Positions 8,687 through 18,222 of a stretch of DNA of 32,000 nucleotides are shown here, in pieces. The stretch is taken from positions 360,001-392,000 of the forward strand of contig NC_010814.1 in assembly GCF_000020385.1 (NCBI RefSeq), given 5' to 3'. The translations under genes and the position numbers were made by a program. Numbering within the stretch: position 1 is the stretch's first letter; every line of letters begins with the position of its first letter. The stretch is from Trichlorobacter lovleyi SZ (GTDB lineage: Bacteria; Desulfobacterota; Desulfuromonadia; Geobacterales; Pseudopelobacteraceae). The notes below the pieces were generated by a model. That model did no database searches. It was given only the letters and a program-made list of their open reading frames with translations, and was not told the DNA's origin.

Positions 8687-9328
8687 ATGGTCAGGAAAAA
8701 ATCAGACATAAAAAAAGAAAAGCTGCTTGGTGCCGCAAGTGATGTATTTGCGGAAAAAGGGTTCCGTGATGCAACGGTGGCCGAAATCTGCTCACGTGCC
8801 GGGGCGAATGTCTCCGCGGTCAACTACCACTTCGGCAGCAAGGAGGCGCTCTACCAGGAGACGTGGCGTCACTCGTTCTCAGAATCGCTCAAAGCGTTTC
8901 CCCTAGATGGTGGCGTAGGTGCGACGGCATCAGCAGAAGAGCGGTTACGGGGCCAGTTAACGTCCATGATTCAACGGATTGCTGATGAAAACAACAGAGA
9001 CTTTTTCATCGCCCAGATGGAACTGATTAATCCAACCGGCCTGCTTCAGGAAGTCATGCAGGCAGAGCTTATTCCGATGAGGCAGCAGACTCTGGCCCTG
9101 GTCCGTGAACTGCTTGGACCGGAGGCCAGCGAAGCGGAGGTGCAGTTTTGCGAGATCAGTACCATCAGCATGTGCGTTCACCCCATGGTGATGCAGCGGA
9201 TAGCCAGACGAACCCAGGGCCGTGGTATGCCGGTCGTCATTGAAGACATCACGGCCTTTGCCGAACACGTGGTCAGATTTGCCCTGGCCGGTATCAAGGC
9301 ACACCGTATCAAAGGACGTACGCCATGA
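8687..9328 (+). CDS. TetR/AcrR-family transcriptional regulator (YbiH/CecR-like)
   Basis: N-terminal HTH is FRDATVAEICSRAGANVSAVNYHFGSKEALY. I prefer ATG 8687 (G-rich SD) to the track's TTG 8666, which lies inside the operator palindrome. Confidence 0.9.
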   Translation: MVRKKSDIKKEKLLGAASDVFAEKGFRDATVAEICSRAGANVSAVNYHFGSKEALYQETWRHSFSESLKAFPLDGGVGATASAEERLRGQLTSMIQRIADENNRDFFIAQMELINPTGLLQEVMQAELIPMRQQTLALVRELLGPEASEAEVQFCEISTISMCVHPMVMQRIARRTQGRGMPVVIEDITAFAEHVVRFALAGIKAHRIKGRTP

Positions 9329-10518
9329 ATGTTCCTAAAAAGAAGCAGATCATCATAGCTGTCATCGTCATTGTTCTGGTGACAGCCGGCATAGCCATTG
9401 CCAGGAAGTTCATGGCGCCGGCAAAAATTACCTACATAACGGCCCCGGCTGTCCGTATGGATCTGGAAGAGAGTGTTCTTGCCACCGGCATTCTGAAGGC
9501 ATTCAAGACGGTGGCGGTAGGCGCACAGGTGAATGGGCAGCTGAAGACGCTGCACGTTGCTTTGGGGGCCAAGGTAAAAAAGGGACAGTTGCTGGCTGAA
9601 ATCGATCCGGTGCTGCCGCAAAACACCCTTAAGGATGCCGAAGCCCAGGTTGAAAACCTGCAGGCACAGAAACGATCAAAACAGGCACTTTTAAAGCAGT
9701 ATGAACTGGCGTATCAGCGCCAGGGGCAGATGCATGCCAAGGATGCCGGTTCCCGTGCCGATCTTGAGAGCGCGCAGGCACAACTGGAAAGCACCCGGTA
9801 TGATATCTCTGCCCTTGCGGCCCAGATCAAGAAGGCAATCATTGCGGTTGATACGGCCAGGGCCAATCTTGGTTATACCCGGATCCATGCGCCGATCGAC
9901 GGGACGGTCATCTCGATTGATACTGAAGAGGGGCAGACCGTGGTGTCGAATCAAACAGCCACAACGATCCTGACCCTGGCCACGCTGGACAACATGACGA
10001 TCAAGGCCAAGATCTCTGAAGCGGATGTGACGAGGGTCAAGGCAGGATTGCCGACCTACTTCACCCTGTTGGGAGACAGCGATACCCGTTATTACGGGAA
10101 ACTCCGGGCCATCGAACCGGGTCCGGTTTCAGGCAGCACAACAACCGGCAGCACCAGCAGTTCCAGTAGCTCCAGCTCCGCGATTTACTACTACGGACTC
10201 TTTGAGGTGCCCAACCCTGATACGAAGCTTAAGGTTTCAATGACCGCACAAGTTGCGATTGTGCTGAATCAGGCCAGGCAGGCACTCTGCATTCCGGTAT
10301 CGGCCCTTGCTGAAAGGCAGAAGGGCGGCAGGGCAACCGTCAAGGTGTTGGCCGGTGAGCAGGTGGAAGTCCGGGCGATCCAGACCGGCATTTCCGACAA
10401 TGTCCAGATCCAGGTCGTGAACGGGCTGCGGGAGGGGGAAAAGGTCATCATCGGTGACAGCTCCAACCTGCCGAAGAGCGATCCGAACACCACGCCCCCT
10501 CCCCCGGGGAGACGGTAG
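9325..10518 (+). CDS. macA: Efflux-pump periplasmic adaptor (membrane fusion protein), MacA-like
   Basis: N-terminal TM anchor, coiled-coil hairpin, and AIYYYGLFEVPNPD...MTAQV resembling the E. coli MacA segment AIFYYARFEVPNP. ATGA overlap with the tetR stop. Immediately precedes macB. Confidence 0.88.
   Translation: MNVPKKKQIIIAVIVIVLVTAGIAIARKFMAPAKITYITAPAVRMDLEESVLATGILKAFKTVAVGAQVNGQLKTLHVALGAKVKKGQLLAEIDPVLPQNTLKDAEAQVENLQAQKRSKQALLKQYELAYQRQGQMHAKDAGSRADLESAQAQLESTRYDISALAAQIKKAIIAVDTARANLGYTRIHAPIDGTVISIDTEEGQTVVSNQTATTILTLATLDNMTIKAKISEADVTRVKAGLPTYFTLLGDSDTRYYGKLRAIEPGPVSGSTTTGSTSSSSSSSSAIYYYGLFEVPNPDTKLKVSMTAQVAIVLNQARQALCIPVSALAERQKGGRATVKVLAGEQVEVRAIQTGISDNVQIQVVNGLREGEKVIIGDSSNLPKSDPNTTPPPPGRR
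10129..10179 (+). repeat. Ser/Thr low-complexity coding tract inside macA (SGSTTTGSTSSSSSSSS)
   Basis: Codons tca ggc agc aca aca acc ggc agc acc agc agt tcc agt agc tcc agc tcc read directly. Confidence 0.7.
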
Positions 10519-10520
10519 GT

Positions 10521-12479
10521 ATGGCCAAGCCGCTCCTTGAAATAGATGCCGTGGTGCGCCGGTTCTCAACCGGTGGCCAGCAGGTGGAGGTCCTCAAGGG
10601 GATCGACCTGACCATCCATAGCGGAGAGATGGTGGCCATTATCGGTGCCTCCGGTTCGGGCAAGTCCACCCTGATGAATATCCTGGGCTGCCTGGACCGT
10701 CCCAGTGAGGGGAGCTACCGGATCGACGGCCGGGAGACCGGCAGCCTGTCAAATGACGAATTGGCCAGTCTCAGGCGTGACTACTTCGGATTTATCTTCC
10801 AGCGCTACCACCTGCTGCCCCACCTGACCGCCATTCAGAATACCGAGATACCGGCCATCTATGCCGGCGCGAACAAGCATCTCCGGCAGGAACGTGCCAG
10901 AAAGATCCTTGAACGGCTTGGCCTGGGAGACCGGTGCGATCACCGTCCCAATCAGCTTTCCGGTGGCCAGCAGCAGCGGGTCAGTATTGCCAGGGCGTTG
11001 ATGAACGGCGGTGACGTCATTCTGGCGGATGAGCCAACCGGCGCCCTGGACAGCAAGAGCGGCAAAGAGATGATGGAGGTGCTGCATGAACTGCATGCCA
11101 GTGGCCATACCATCATCCTGGTTACCCACGATCAGCAGGTGGCCGCCCATGCTGAACGGATCATCGAGATCAGTGACGGTGCGATTATCCGCGACCAGGC
11201 GAACCCGAAACGGCAGGCTTCAGTAACTGCCGCACTGGCGGAAAAGGTTGCTGTCAAACAGGCGGCTAACTTCCTGCAGGCCAACTGGGGCAGATTTGCC
11301 GAAGCCTTCAAAATGGCCCTGATCGCCATGCTGTCCCACCGCATGCGGACCCTGTTGACCATGCTGGGGATCATCATCGGCATAACCTCGGTTGTTTCTG
11401 TCGTGGCTCTTGGCCAGGGAGCGCAACAAAAGGTCATCAAGGATATCAGCGCCATGGGCACGAATGTCATCGACGTCAACCCCGGCAAGGACTGGGGGGA
11501 TGAAGACGCTGCCGGTATCCAGACCCTTGTGCAATCGGATCTGGAGGCCCTCAAGGCGCAGGTGTATGTAGACAGCGCCTCGCCCACAACCGGCGGCAGC
11601 CAATTGCTGCGCTACCGCAACCTGACCGCCAATGCTTCGGTGAATGGCGTCGGTGAACAGTACTTCCGGGTCAAGGGGTATGAGATTGCCGATGGCATCG
11701 CCTTCAGCGCCGCCGACGTCAAACAGCAGGCCCAGGTGGTGGTCATTGACCAGAATACGCGCAAAAAGTTCTTCAGCAACCAGGACCCGATCGGCATGAT
11801 TCTGTTTGTCGGCTCGTTGCCCTGCCGGGTCATCGGTATCACCAAAGTCAAAGACGGCCCCATGGGAAACAGCTCGAATCTAGAGGTCTGGATACCCTAC
11901 ACGGCTGCCATGAACCGGCTCCTGGGGCAGCAGTATTTCAGCTCGATTACGGTGCGGGTCAAGGATGGCATCTCCAACCCGGTTGCAGAACAGAGTATCA
12001 CCAGGCTGGTCACCCAGCGCCATGGCCGCAAGGACTTCTACACCAACAGCAGCGACAGCATCATGAAGACCATCAACAAGACCACCACCACGCTGAAGCT
12101 GATGATCTCGGCCATTGCCGTGATTTCGCTGATTGTCGGCGGCATCGGCGTCATGAATATCATGCTGGTATCGGTCACGGAGCGGACCCACGAGATCGGC
12201 ATCCGGATGGCGGTCGGAGCGCGTCAGGAGGATATCATGCAGCAGTTTCTGATCGAGTCGGTTCTGGTCTGCCTGCTGGGGGGGATGATCGGCATCATCT
12301 GTTCCTGGGGCGTGGCAAAGGTGTTCTCGCTGTTCGTAACCAGTTTTGCCATGCAGTTTTCGCTCATGTCGATTGTCTCGGCCTTCCTCTGTTCAACCAT
12401 GATCGGCGTCATCTTCGGCTTCCTGCCGGCCCGTAATGCGGCCCGCTTAGACCCGATCGAAGCACTAGCCAGGGAGTAA
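10521..12479 (+). CDS. macB: MacB-type ABC transporter, fused ATPase/permease
   Basis: Walker [10 protein letters not shown], signature LSGGQQQR, Walker B ILADEPT. C-terminal FtsX-like 4-TM permease with a large periplasmic domain. 652 aa. Confidence 0.93.
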   Translation: MAKPLLEIDAVVRRFSTGGQQVEVLKGIDLTIHSGEMVAIIGASGSGKSTLMNILGCLDRPSEGSYRIDGRETGSLSNDELASLRRDYFGFIFQRYHLLPHLTAIQNTEIPAIYAGANKHLRQERARKILERLGLGDRCDHRPNQLSGGQQQRVSIARALMNGGDVILADEPTGALDSKSGKEMMEVLHELHASGHTIILVTHDQQVAAHAERIIEISDGAIIRDQANPKRQASVTAALAEKVAVKQAANFLQANWGRFAEAFKMALIAMLSHRMRTLLTMLGIIIGITSVVSVVALGQGAQQKVIKDISAMGTNVIDVNPGKDWGDEDAAGIQTLVQSDLEALKAQVYVDSASPTTGGSQLLRYRNLTANASVNGVGEQYFRVKGYEIADGIAFSAADVKQQAQVVVIDQNTRKKFFSNQDPIGMILFVGSLPCRVIGITKVKDGPMGNSSNLEVWIPYTAAMNRLLGQQYFSSITVRVKDGISNPVAEQSITRLVTQRHGRKDFYTNSSDSIMKTINKTTTTLKLMISAIAVISLIVGGIGVMNIMLVSVTERTHEIGIRMAVGARQEDIMQQFLIESVLVCLLGGMIGIICSWGVAKVFSLFVTSFAMQFSLMSIVSAFLCSTMIGVIFGFLPARNAARLDPIEALARE

Positions 12480-12487
12480 CTGCAGCT

Positions 12488-13882
12488 ATGAAGATACTGT
12501 CCATCGTTACCTACGCCTTTGTTCTGCCGATCTGTTGTTTCCTTGCGGGGTGCAGCGGCCTGCTTCCGCGCAGCCAGTATACCCGGCCGGAGGTGACGCT
12601 CCCTCGGCAATGGCAAGCAACCGGCGTAACCGGTTCAGCTGTTGCAACAAAAAGACAGTGGTGGCGGGACTACAATGATCAGACCTTGAGCGAGCTGATC
12701 GAGCTGGCACTCAGATCCAACAACAACCTTGCAGCGGCCACGATCAAGGTAAAGCGGGCACAGCTTTCGGCCAGACTTACCAACACCAATCTGACTCCGA
12801 CGGTTTCTGCCGATCTCAGCAGCAGCCTGAGCCGTGACCTCACTACCCGCAGTGAGACCAAGTCGAGCGGGGCCACACTCTCGGCAAGCTATGAGCTGGA
12901 TCTGTGGGGGAAGCTGGCCAGCGCCCGTGACGCCAGCAAGTGGGAGGCCGAAGCAACCGAGTATGATCGCCAGAGTACCGCGTTGGCGCTGGTTGGCACA
13001 GTCGCAACGAACTACTGGACCATCGCCTACCTGAATGAACGGATCGCCTCGGTTGACGCAAGTATTCTCAATGCCGAAAGAGTCCTGGGGCTGGTGGAGG
13101 TGAAATATCAGGCAGGAGCCGTTTCCGCATTGGATAAGCTGCAGGCACAACAGACCGTTGCCAGCCAGAAGGCGCAGCTGACTGAACTTTGGCAACAGCG
13201 GACTGAAGCGCGTAATGCCCTGGCGATTCTGTTCAACCAGGCACCGGAGCATACCGTGCCGGAACGCCAGCGCCTGCCGGAGGGTGCATTGCCGCAGGTG
13301 CAGGCCGGTCTCCCTGCCAGCCTGCTCGGCCAACGGCCTGATCTGCAGGCTGCCGAGCAGAGACTGAAAAAATACCTGGCGAATGTTGACACTACCCGCG
13401 CCAGCTACTATCCCAGTTTTACCCTGACCGGGACGCTTGGCAGAAGCAGCACCAGCCTGGTTGAGGTCGTCAAAAACCCCTACGCCGCATTGGGTGCGGG
13501 GCTGGTACTACCGTTTATCCAATGGAATACGATGAGGTTGCATGTTGAAACCGCACAAGCGGATTATGAGGAGGCAGTGGTAAACTTCAGGCAGACACTC
13601 TACGCAGCGCTCAGTGATGTCGAGAATGCCCTGGCTGCACGCAAGAATTACGCAGAAGAGCTCAAGCAGCTGCAAGACTCCCTCGACCTGGCCAAAAAGG
13701 CGGAACAGCTGGCAGAGGTCCGTTATCTGACAGGCTCTACCGATCTGCAGACCTGGCTGGATACTCAGGAACGCCGCAGAGATGCCGAACGGGCATTCGC
13801 GGTGGTCCGGTTGGCACAACTCAAAAACAGCATGGCGTTATATCAAGTGATTGGCGGTACCACCGCTTTACCGGTGCCGTAA
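12488..13882 (+). CDS. Outer-membrane efflux lipoprotein, NodT/TolC family
   Basis: Lipobox FLAGC, then the duplicated OMF repeat pattern (YYPSFTLTG..., LDxxxA). 464 aa. Lies 8 nt after macB. Confidence 0.9.
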   Translation: MKILSIVTYAFVLPICCFLAGCSGLLPRSQYTRPEVTLPRQWQATGVTGSAVATKRQWWRDYNDQTLSELIELALRSNNNLAAATIKVKRAQLSARLTNTNLTPTVSADLSSSLSRDLTTRSETKSSGATLSASYELDLWGKLASARDASKWEAEATEYDRQSTALALVGTVATNYWTIAYLNERIASVDASILNAERVLGLVEVKYQAGAVSALDKLQAQQTVASQKAQLTELWQQRTEARNALAILFNQAPEHTVPERQRLPEGALPQVQAGLPASLLGQRPDLQAAEQRLKKYLANVDTTRASYYPSFTLTGTLGRSSTSLVEVVKNPYAALGAGLVLPFIQWNTMRLHVETAQADYEEAVVNFRQTLYAALSDVENALAARKNYAEELKQLQDSLDLAKKAEQLAEVRYLTGSTDLQTWLDTQERRRDAERAFAVVRLAQLKNSMALYQVIGGTTALPVP

Positions 13883-13905
13883 CAGAGCAGCCCCGCGAAA
13901 CAGGA

Positions 13906-13933
13906 TTGACAATCCCCTGAAAGCTCCTATCCT
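13906..13933 (+). promoter_or_regulatory. Candidate sigma70 promoter of the ubiD/ubiA/ubiX-like operon
   Basis: TTGACA (13906-13911), 16 nt, TATCCT (13928-13933). GAGGAG SD at 13956-13961. Confidence 0.35.
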
Positions 13934-13970
13934 CTCGTAAGCCTGACAGCCATTTGAGGAGCGCCACCCC

Positions 13971-15362
13971 ATGCTCTCATCCCTGCATGATTTTATCGAA
14001 CGCCTTGAACACCTGCGAGACCTGCAGCAGGTCAGCGTGCCGGTCGCAACCCGGCTGGAGATCGCTGCCATTACCCGCCGGATCAGCAGCTATCCCAAAG
14101 GCGGCCCGGCCCTGCTGTTTCAGCAGCCGGATGAGTCTCCCTTTCCAGTGGCCACCAACCTGTTCGGCTCACAGCGCAGGATGCGGCTGGCCCTGGGGCT
14201 GGACAGCCTGGAAGACCTGACTGTTTCCTTTGATGCAATTCTTCAAACCCTGCCGGTGCAGGGCCTGAGCGGTCTTGGAGGGCTGCTGGCAGGCCATCCT
14301 GATCTGGCCTGCTGCAAGCCGGTAACGGTCGCGCACGGCCCCTGCCAGGAGGAGCTGGTGCCAGGGGCAGACCTGCTCCAGTTCCCGTTTCTGCACAACT
14401 GGCCTGATGACGGTACAGCCGCCGGGACCGGGCGTTATCTGACCCTGGGGCAGGTGGTTACCACTGCGCCGGACGGCAGTGACCCCAACTGCGGCATCTA
14501 CCGCTGTCAGATCCATGATGCCCATACCCTGGCGATCCGCTGGCGGCGTGGCAGCGGGGCTGTGCAGCATCATCAGCAGTTTATTCAGCAAGGCATGCGG
14601 ATGCCGGTGGCGATTGTGCTGGGCGGGCCGCCGAGCCTGACCTTGACCGCTGCCTGGCCCCTGCCGGTGGGGCTGGATGAAGTAAGTTGTGCCGGCTGGT
14701 TGCGGGGTGCCTCAATCCCCATGGTGGCCTGTCCCCATGGGCCGCTGCAGGTGCCGGCCGAGGCAGAGCTGGTGATTGAAGGTTTTGCAGAGCCGGACCG
14801 GCCGCTTGTGGAAGGCCCCTTTGGCAATCACACCGGGCAGTATGATCCGGCCGGTCCGGCAGCCCGGGTTACGGTCACGCGGATCACCCGGCGTCGCGAC
14901 CCGATTGTTCCGGCCACCGTGGTTGGTCCGCCCCCCCAGGAGGATTGCTGGATGATGCTGGGCTGGGAGCGGCTGCTGGCCGCCCTGTTGTCCAGACTGG
15001 TGCCGGGGGTGCGGGATATCAGGATGCCGTTGCCCTGGGTCTTCCGCAGCAGTGCGGTCATTTCCCTTGAAAATCCGTCTCCCCACATGGTACGAAAAAC
15101 CGTGCAGGCCCTCTGGCAACTGCCCTGGTTCCGCAAGGCCCATCTGCTGATTGTGGTGGATGCCGAAATTGCGGCCCGTGATCTGCAACAGGTGGCCTGG
15201 CGAACCGTCAATGAAACCGATTGGCTGGATGACCTGATCCGGGACGAGGCCGGCGGCCGTCTGGCCGTTGATGCCACCCGGCGCTCGATTGAGGCGCTGC
15301 TGCCTGATGCAGCAACTGATCGGCTGCTGATACAACGTTGGAAGGAGTATGGTCTGCCATGA
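13971..15362 (+). CDS. UbiD-family (prFMN-dependent) decarboxylase, possibly menaquinone-pathway MqnL-like
   Basis: Family patterns GGPALLF, NCGIYRCQ, GLDEVSCAGWLRG, VPAEAELVIEG, EGPFGNHTGQY. Confidence 0.88.
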   Translation: MLSSLHDFIERLEHLRDLQQVSVPVATRLEIAAITRRISSYPKGGPALLFQQPDESPFPVATNLFGSQRRMRLALGLDSLEDLTVSFDAILQTLPVQGLSGLGGLLAGHPDLACCKPVTVAHGPCQEELVPGADLLQFPFLHNWPDDGTAAGTGRYLTLGQVVTTAPDGSDPNCGIYRCQIHDAHTLAIRWRRGSGAVQHHQQFIQQGMRMPVAIVLGGPPSLTLTAAWPLPVGLDEVSCAGWLRGASIPMVACPHGPLQVPAEAELVIEGFAEPDRPLVEGPFGNHTGQYDPAGPAARVTVTRITRRRDPIVPATVVGPPPQEDCWMMLGWERLLAALLSRLVPGVRDIRMPLPWVFRSSAVISLENPSPHMVRKTVQALWQLPWFRKAHLLIVVDAEIAARDLQQVAWRTVNETDWLDDLIRDEAGGRLAVDATRRSIEALLPDAATDRLLIQRWKEYGLP

Positions 15363-16225
15363 CCGCTGTTCTACAAAAAATCACCATTTTTATGGAGATG
15401 ATCAAATTCTCCCACACCATCTTTGCCCTGCCCTTTGCCCTGTCCGGCGCCCTGTTGGCGATCCGCGGCCTGCCCGGCGCCAGGCAGCTGCTGTTCATTA
15501 TCCTGGCCATGGTAGGTGCCCGCACCGCTGCCATGGCCATGAACCGGCTGATTGATGCTGATATTGATGCCAAGAATCCCCGCACCGCCTCCCGTGCCAT
15601 CCCTGCCGGTCTGCTCTCAAAAGGTGCAGTGTTTGGTGCAATTGTGCTGTCTGTGGCCTTGCTGCTCTGGTCCGCTGCCATGCTGAACCCGTTGTGCCTC
15701 AAGCTTTCCCCCATCGCCTTGGGGTTTCTGGTGCTCTACTCCTACTGCAAACGGTTTACTGCCCTGGCCCATATTGTTCTGGGGATCTGCCTGGCAGCCG
15801 CGCCAATCGGGGCCTGGGTGGCACTCACCGGCAAAATCGAGCTGCCTGCCATAGTGCTGGGGCTGATCGTGCTGTTCTGGGTGTCAGCCTTTGACATGCT
15901 CTATGCCCTGCAGGATCTGGAGTATGACCGCTCTGTGGGGCTGCACTCCATCCCGGTGGCGCTGGGGGTCAATGGCTCTCTCTGGCTTTCGCGGCTGTTC
16001 CACCTGATCACGGTTGGCCTGCTGGTCTGGCTGATTGTTCTGCTGGGGTTGGGACCATGGTTCTGGGCAGGCAGTGCCGTTATGGCTGCCATGCTGCTGT
16101 ACGAGCACTGGCTGCTGCGGGGGGGCGATCTGACCAAACTGGATGCGGCCTTCTTCACCATGAACGGCTACATCAGCCTGACCTTTCTGGCTGCCACGGC
16201 AGCGGATGTCTTTCTGGGGAGATAG
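15359..16225 (+). CDS. UbiA-family aromatic prenyltransferase (4-hydroxybenzoate polyprenyltransferase-like, possibly MqnP-like)
   Basis: Multi-TM protein with IKFSHTIFALPFAL and the Asp-rich motifs NRLIDADIDAKNPRT and YALQDLEYD. ATG 15359 overlaps the ubiD-like TGA (ATGA). The track start TTG 15338 is less likely. Confidence 0.85.
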   Translation: MTAVLQKITIFMEMIKFSHTIFALPFALSGALLAIRGLPGARQLLFIILAMVGARTAAMAMNRLIDADIDAKNPRTASRAIPAGLLSKGAVFGAIVLSVALLLWSAAMLNPLCLKLSPIALGFLVLYSYCKRFTALAHIVLGICLAAAPIGAWVALTGKIELPAIVLGLIVLFWVSAFDMLYALQDLEYDRSVGLHSIPVALGVNGSLWLSRLFHLITVGLLVWLIVLLGLGPWFWAGSAVMAAMLLYEHWLLRGGDLTKLDAAFFTMNGYISLTFLAATAADVFLGR

Positions 16226-16228
16226 CGC

Positions 16229-16810
16229 ATGAAGATCCTGCTAGCCATAACCGGTGCATCAGGCAGCATCTACGGCCTGCGGCTGCTGGAAGAGCTGTTG
16301 CGGGCTGGTCATCAGGTCACCTTGGTGGCCAGTCAGAGCGGTCAGGAGGTTTGCCGTTATGAAACCGGGGTTGATCTGGGTGATAGTGAAGCACTGAAGC
16401 TGCTGTGGAATCTGCCGGATGCTCCTGTAACTATCCGCAATGTAACTGACCTCTGGGCGCCGGAGGCCAGCGGTTCAGCTGCGCCGGATGCCATGGTGAT
16501 CGCCCCCTGCAGCATGGGCACGCTGGGGCGGATTAGCAATGGTATTTCAGGCAATCTGATTGAACGGGCAGCGGATGTGATGCTGAAGGAACATCGTCCG
16601 TTGTTGCTGCTGCCGCGGGAGACGCCGTTTTCAACTATCCACTTGGAGAACCTGCTGAAGCTGTCGCAGTGTGGAGCACGGATCATTCCTGCCATGCCTG
16701 CTTTTTACCAGAAGCCGGAATCTTTAGACGATTTGGTCAACTTTGTGGTGGGTAAACTGCTGGATCAGCTTGGAATCGAACATAGCCTGTTTCAGAAGTG
16801 GGGGGTATAA
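16229..16810 (+). CDS. ubiX: Flavin prenyltransferase UbiX (prFMN synthase)
   Basis: MKILLAITGASGSIYGLRLL N-terminus, PCSMGTLG motif, 193 aa. Lies 3 nt after the prenyltransferase gene. Confidence 0.9.
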   Translation: MKILLAITGASGSIYGLRLLEELLRAGHQVTLVASQSGQEVCRYETGVDLGDSEALKLLWNLPDAPVTIRNVTDLWAPEASGSAAPDAMVIAPCSMGTLGRISNGISGNLIERAADVMLKEHRPLLLLPRETPFSTIHLENLLKLSQCGARIIPAMPAFYQKPESLDDLVNFVVGKLLDQLGIEHSLFQKWGV

Positions 16811-16811
16811 A

Positions 16812-16845
16812 AAGGGCGGCCAGATGGCCGCCCTTCTAATTTTTG
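16812..16845. terminator. Bidirectional intrinsic terminator between convergent ubiX and the flavodiiron gene
   Basis: AAGGGCGGCC (16812-16821), loop AGAT, GGCCGCCCTT (16826-16835). T-run at 16840-16844 on the + strand. An A-run at 16809-16813 supplies the T-run on the - strand. Confidence 0.75.
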
Positions 16846-18036
16846 TTACTTTTTTGACACCTCTTCAGATACAGCGGCACCTAATGCCTTGCATTGCTCA
16901 AGCAGATCAGCCGTTGGCGTAAAGACGGCCCGCAGCGGGTCAGCCACCAGTTTAAAGCCCATCCCCTTCAGCCGCTCTTCTACCATCTTGCAGGCCTCAC
17001 CGCTCCAGCCATAGCTGCCGAAGACCGCTGCCAGATTGGTCTTGAGTTTGATCGTGCTTAAATAGGCAAGTACATCCCACATCGGCTTGGGCACATCCCG
17101 GTTGATGGTGGGTACACCAAAGACCAGGGCATCCGCCTCTTCCATCAGGTCACGCAGTTCGTTGTCGCTTAAGCCCACAATATGGTGGCTGGCCACTTCA
17201 ATCTCATCCCGCGCAGCCCCTGCAACCAGGGCCTGGGCCATCTTTTCAGTGCTGCCGTGGGGAGAGATGTAGAACACCAGCACCTTTTTCCCAAAGGACT
17301 TGGGCTTGCTCCAGTTTTCATACTGTTCAATCACCCGCCAGGGATCTTTGCGTACAATCGGGCCGTGGCTGGGGCAGATCATGTCGATCACATCATGACG
17401 GATCTTCTCAACTGCAGCCAGCACCTTGTCCTTGAAGGGGCGCATCAGGCAGTCAAAATAGAACTCCCGGGCCGAGGTGAAGTCCTCGATCTCATCGTTG
17501 AAGATGCTGCGGGTATTGCAGTAATGGGCGCCAAAGGCGTCACAGGTGAAGAGTACGTTCTCTTCCTCAAGTCGGGTGAACATGGTGTCCGGCCAATGCA
17601 GGAAGGGAGCCATGATAAAACGCAGGGTGCGGCCCCCCAGGTCAATGGTCTCGCCATCCTTGACGGTCTTTGACTGGAACGGCTTGTGGATCATGTTGCC
17701 CACAAAGTTTTTGGCTGCCTGGGTGGAGACCACCACGGCATTGGGGCAGTGTTCCAACAGAAACGAGAGGGAGCCGGAGTGGTCCGGTTCGGCATGGTTG
17801 ACGATGATGTAATCAATCTTGGCAGGGTCAACCAGCGATTTGAGTTTGTCCATGAACTGGTCAACAAACTTGATCTTGACCGTATCAATGATGGCGATTT
17901 TTTCACTACCCTGCACAAGATAGCTGTTGTAGGTGGTGCCATGTTCAGTGGGGAAGAGGTCGTCAAAAACGCGCAGCTCGGGGTGTTGTGCTCCCAGCCA
18001 GTGAATACCGGTTTTTATTTCAATAGTGCCGATCAT
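16846..18036 (-). CDS. Class A flavodiiron protein (FprA/ROO-type O2/NO reductase)
   Basis: Metallo-beta-lactamase-like di-iron motif NHAEPDHSG, then a C-terminal flavodoxin-like domain (KVLVFYISPHGSTEKMA...FGSYGWSGEA). 396 aa. AAAAGGAG SD upstream. Confidence 0.92.
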   Translation of the reverse strand: MIGTIEIKTGIHWLGAQHPELRVFDDLFPTEHGTTYNSYLVQGSEKIAIIDTVKIKFVDQFMDKLKSLVDPAKIDYIIVNHAEPDHSGSLSFLLEHCPNAVVVSTQAAKNFVGNMIHKPFQSKTVKDGETIDLGGRTLRFIMAPFLHWPDTMFTRLEEENVLFTCDAFGAHYCNTRSIFNDEIEDFTSAREFYFDCLMRPFKDKVLAAVEKIRHDVIDMICPSHGPIVRKDPWRVIEQYENWSKPKSFGKKVLVFYISPHGSTEKMAQALVAGAARDEIEVASHHIVGLSDNELRDLMEEADALVFGVPTINRDVPKPMWDVLAYLSTIKLKTNLAAVFGSYGWSGEACKMVEERLKGMGFKLVADPLRAVFTPTADLLEQCKALGAAVSEEVSKK

Positions 18037-18099
18037 GATCTGAGTCTCCTTTTAACCATATGCCTACTATTGAGTCACTTGTCTCTTTCGAGGCCGCGC

Positions 18100-18128
18100 A
18101 GTATACCAAACCGGATTTGTGTATACAA
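18100..18128 (-). promoter_or_regulatory. Candidate extended -10 sigma70 promoter of the flavodiiron gene
   Basis: The minus strand reads TTGTAT, 17 nt, TATACT, with TG two nt upstream of the -10 (TGGTATACT). The -35 lies within the palindrome TGTATACA (18120-18127). Confidence 0.45.
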
Positions 18129-18222
18129 GCTGCAATTCAGCGGTTGTGGGGGCTGAGCGGCTCTGTTAGAGTACCTGTGCTGTTGTTGAACATGCAGTGA
18201 TCGTGCCGCAGGAGGTGATGTC

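Noticed and set aside
7933-8690. Track start codons for several genes: 7933, 8666 (TTG), 15338 (TTG), 19639 (GTG), 22371 (TTG, minus strand), 25583
   Set aside because: In each case an in-frame ATG further downstream has a better-placed SD and avoids overlap with an operator or a neighbouring gene. I used 7963, 8687, 15359, 19651, 22323 and 25655 instead. These choices remain predictions.
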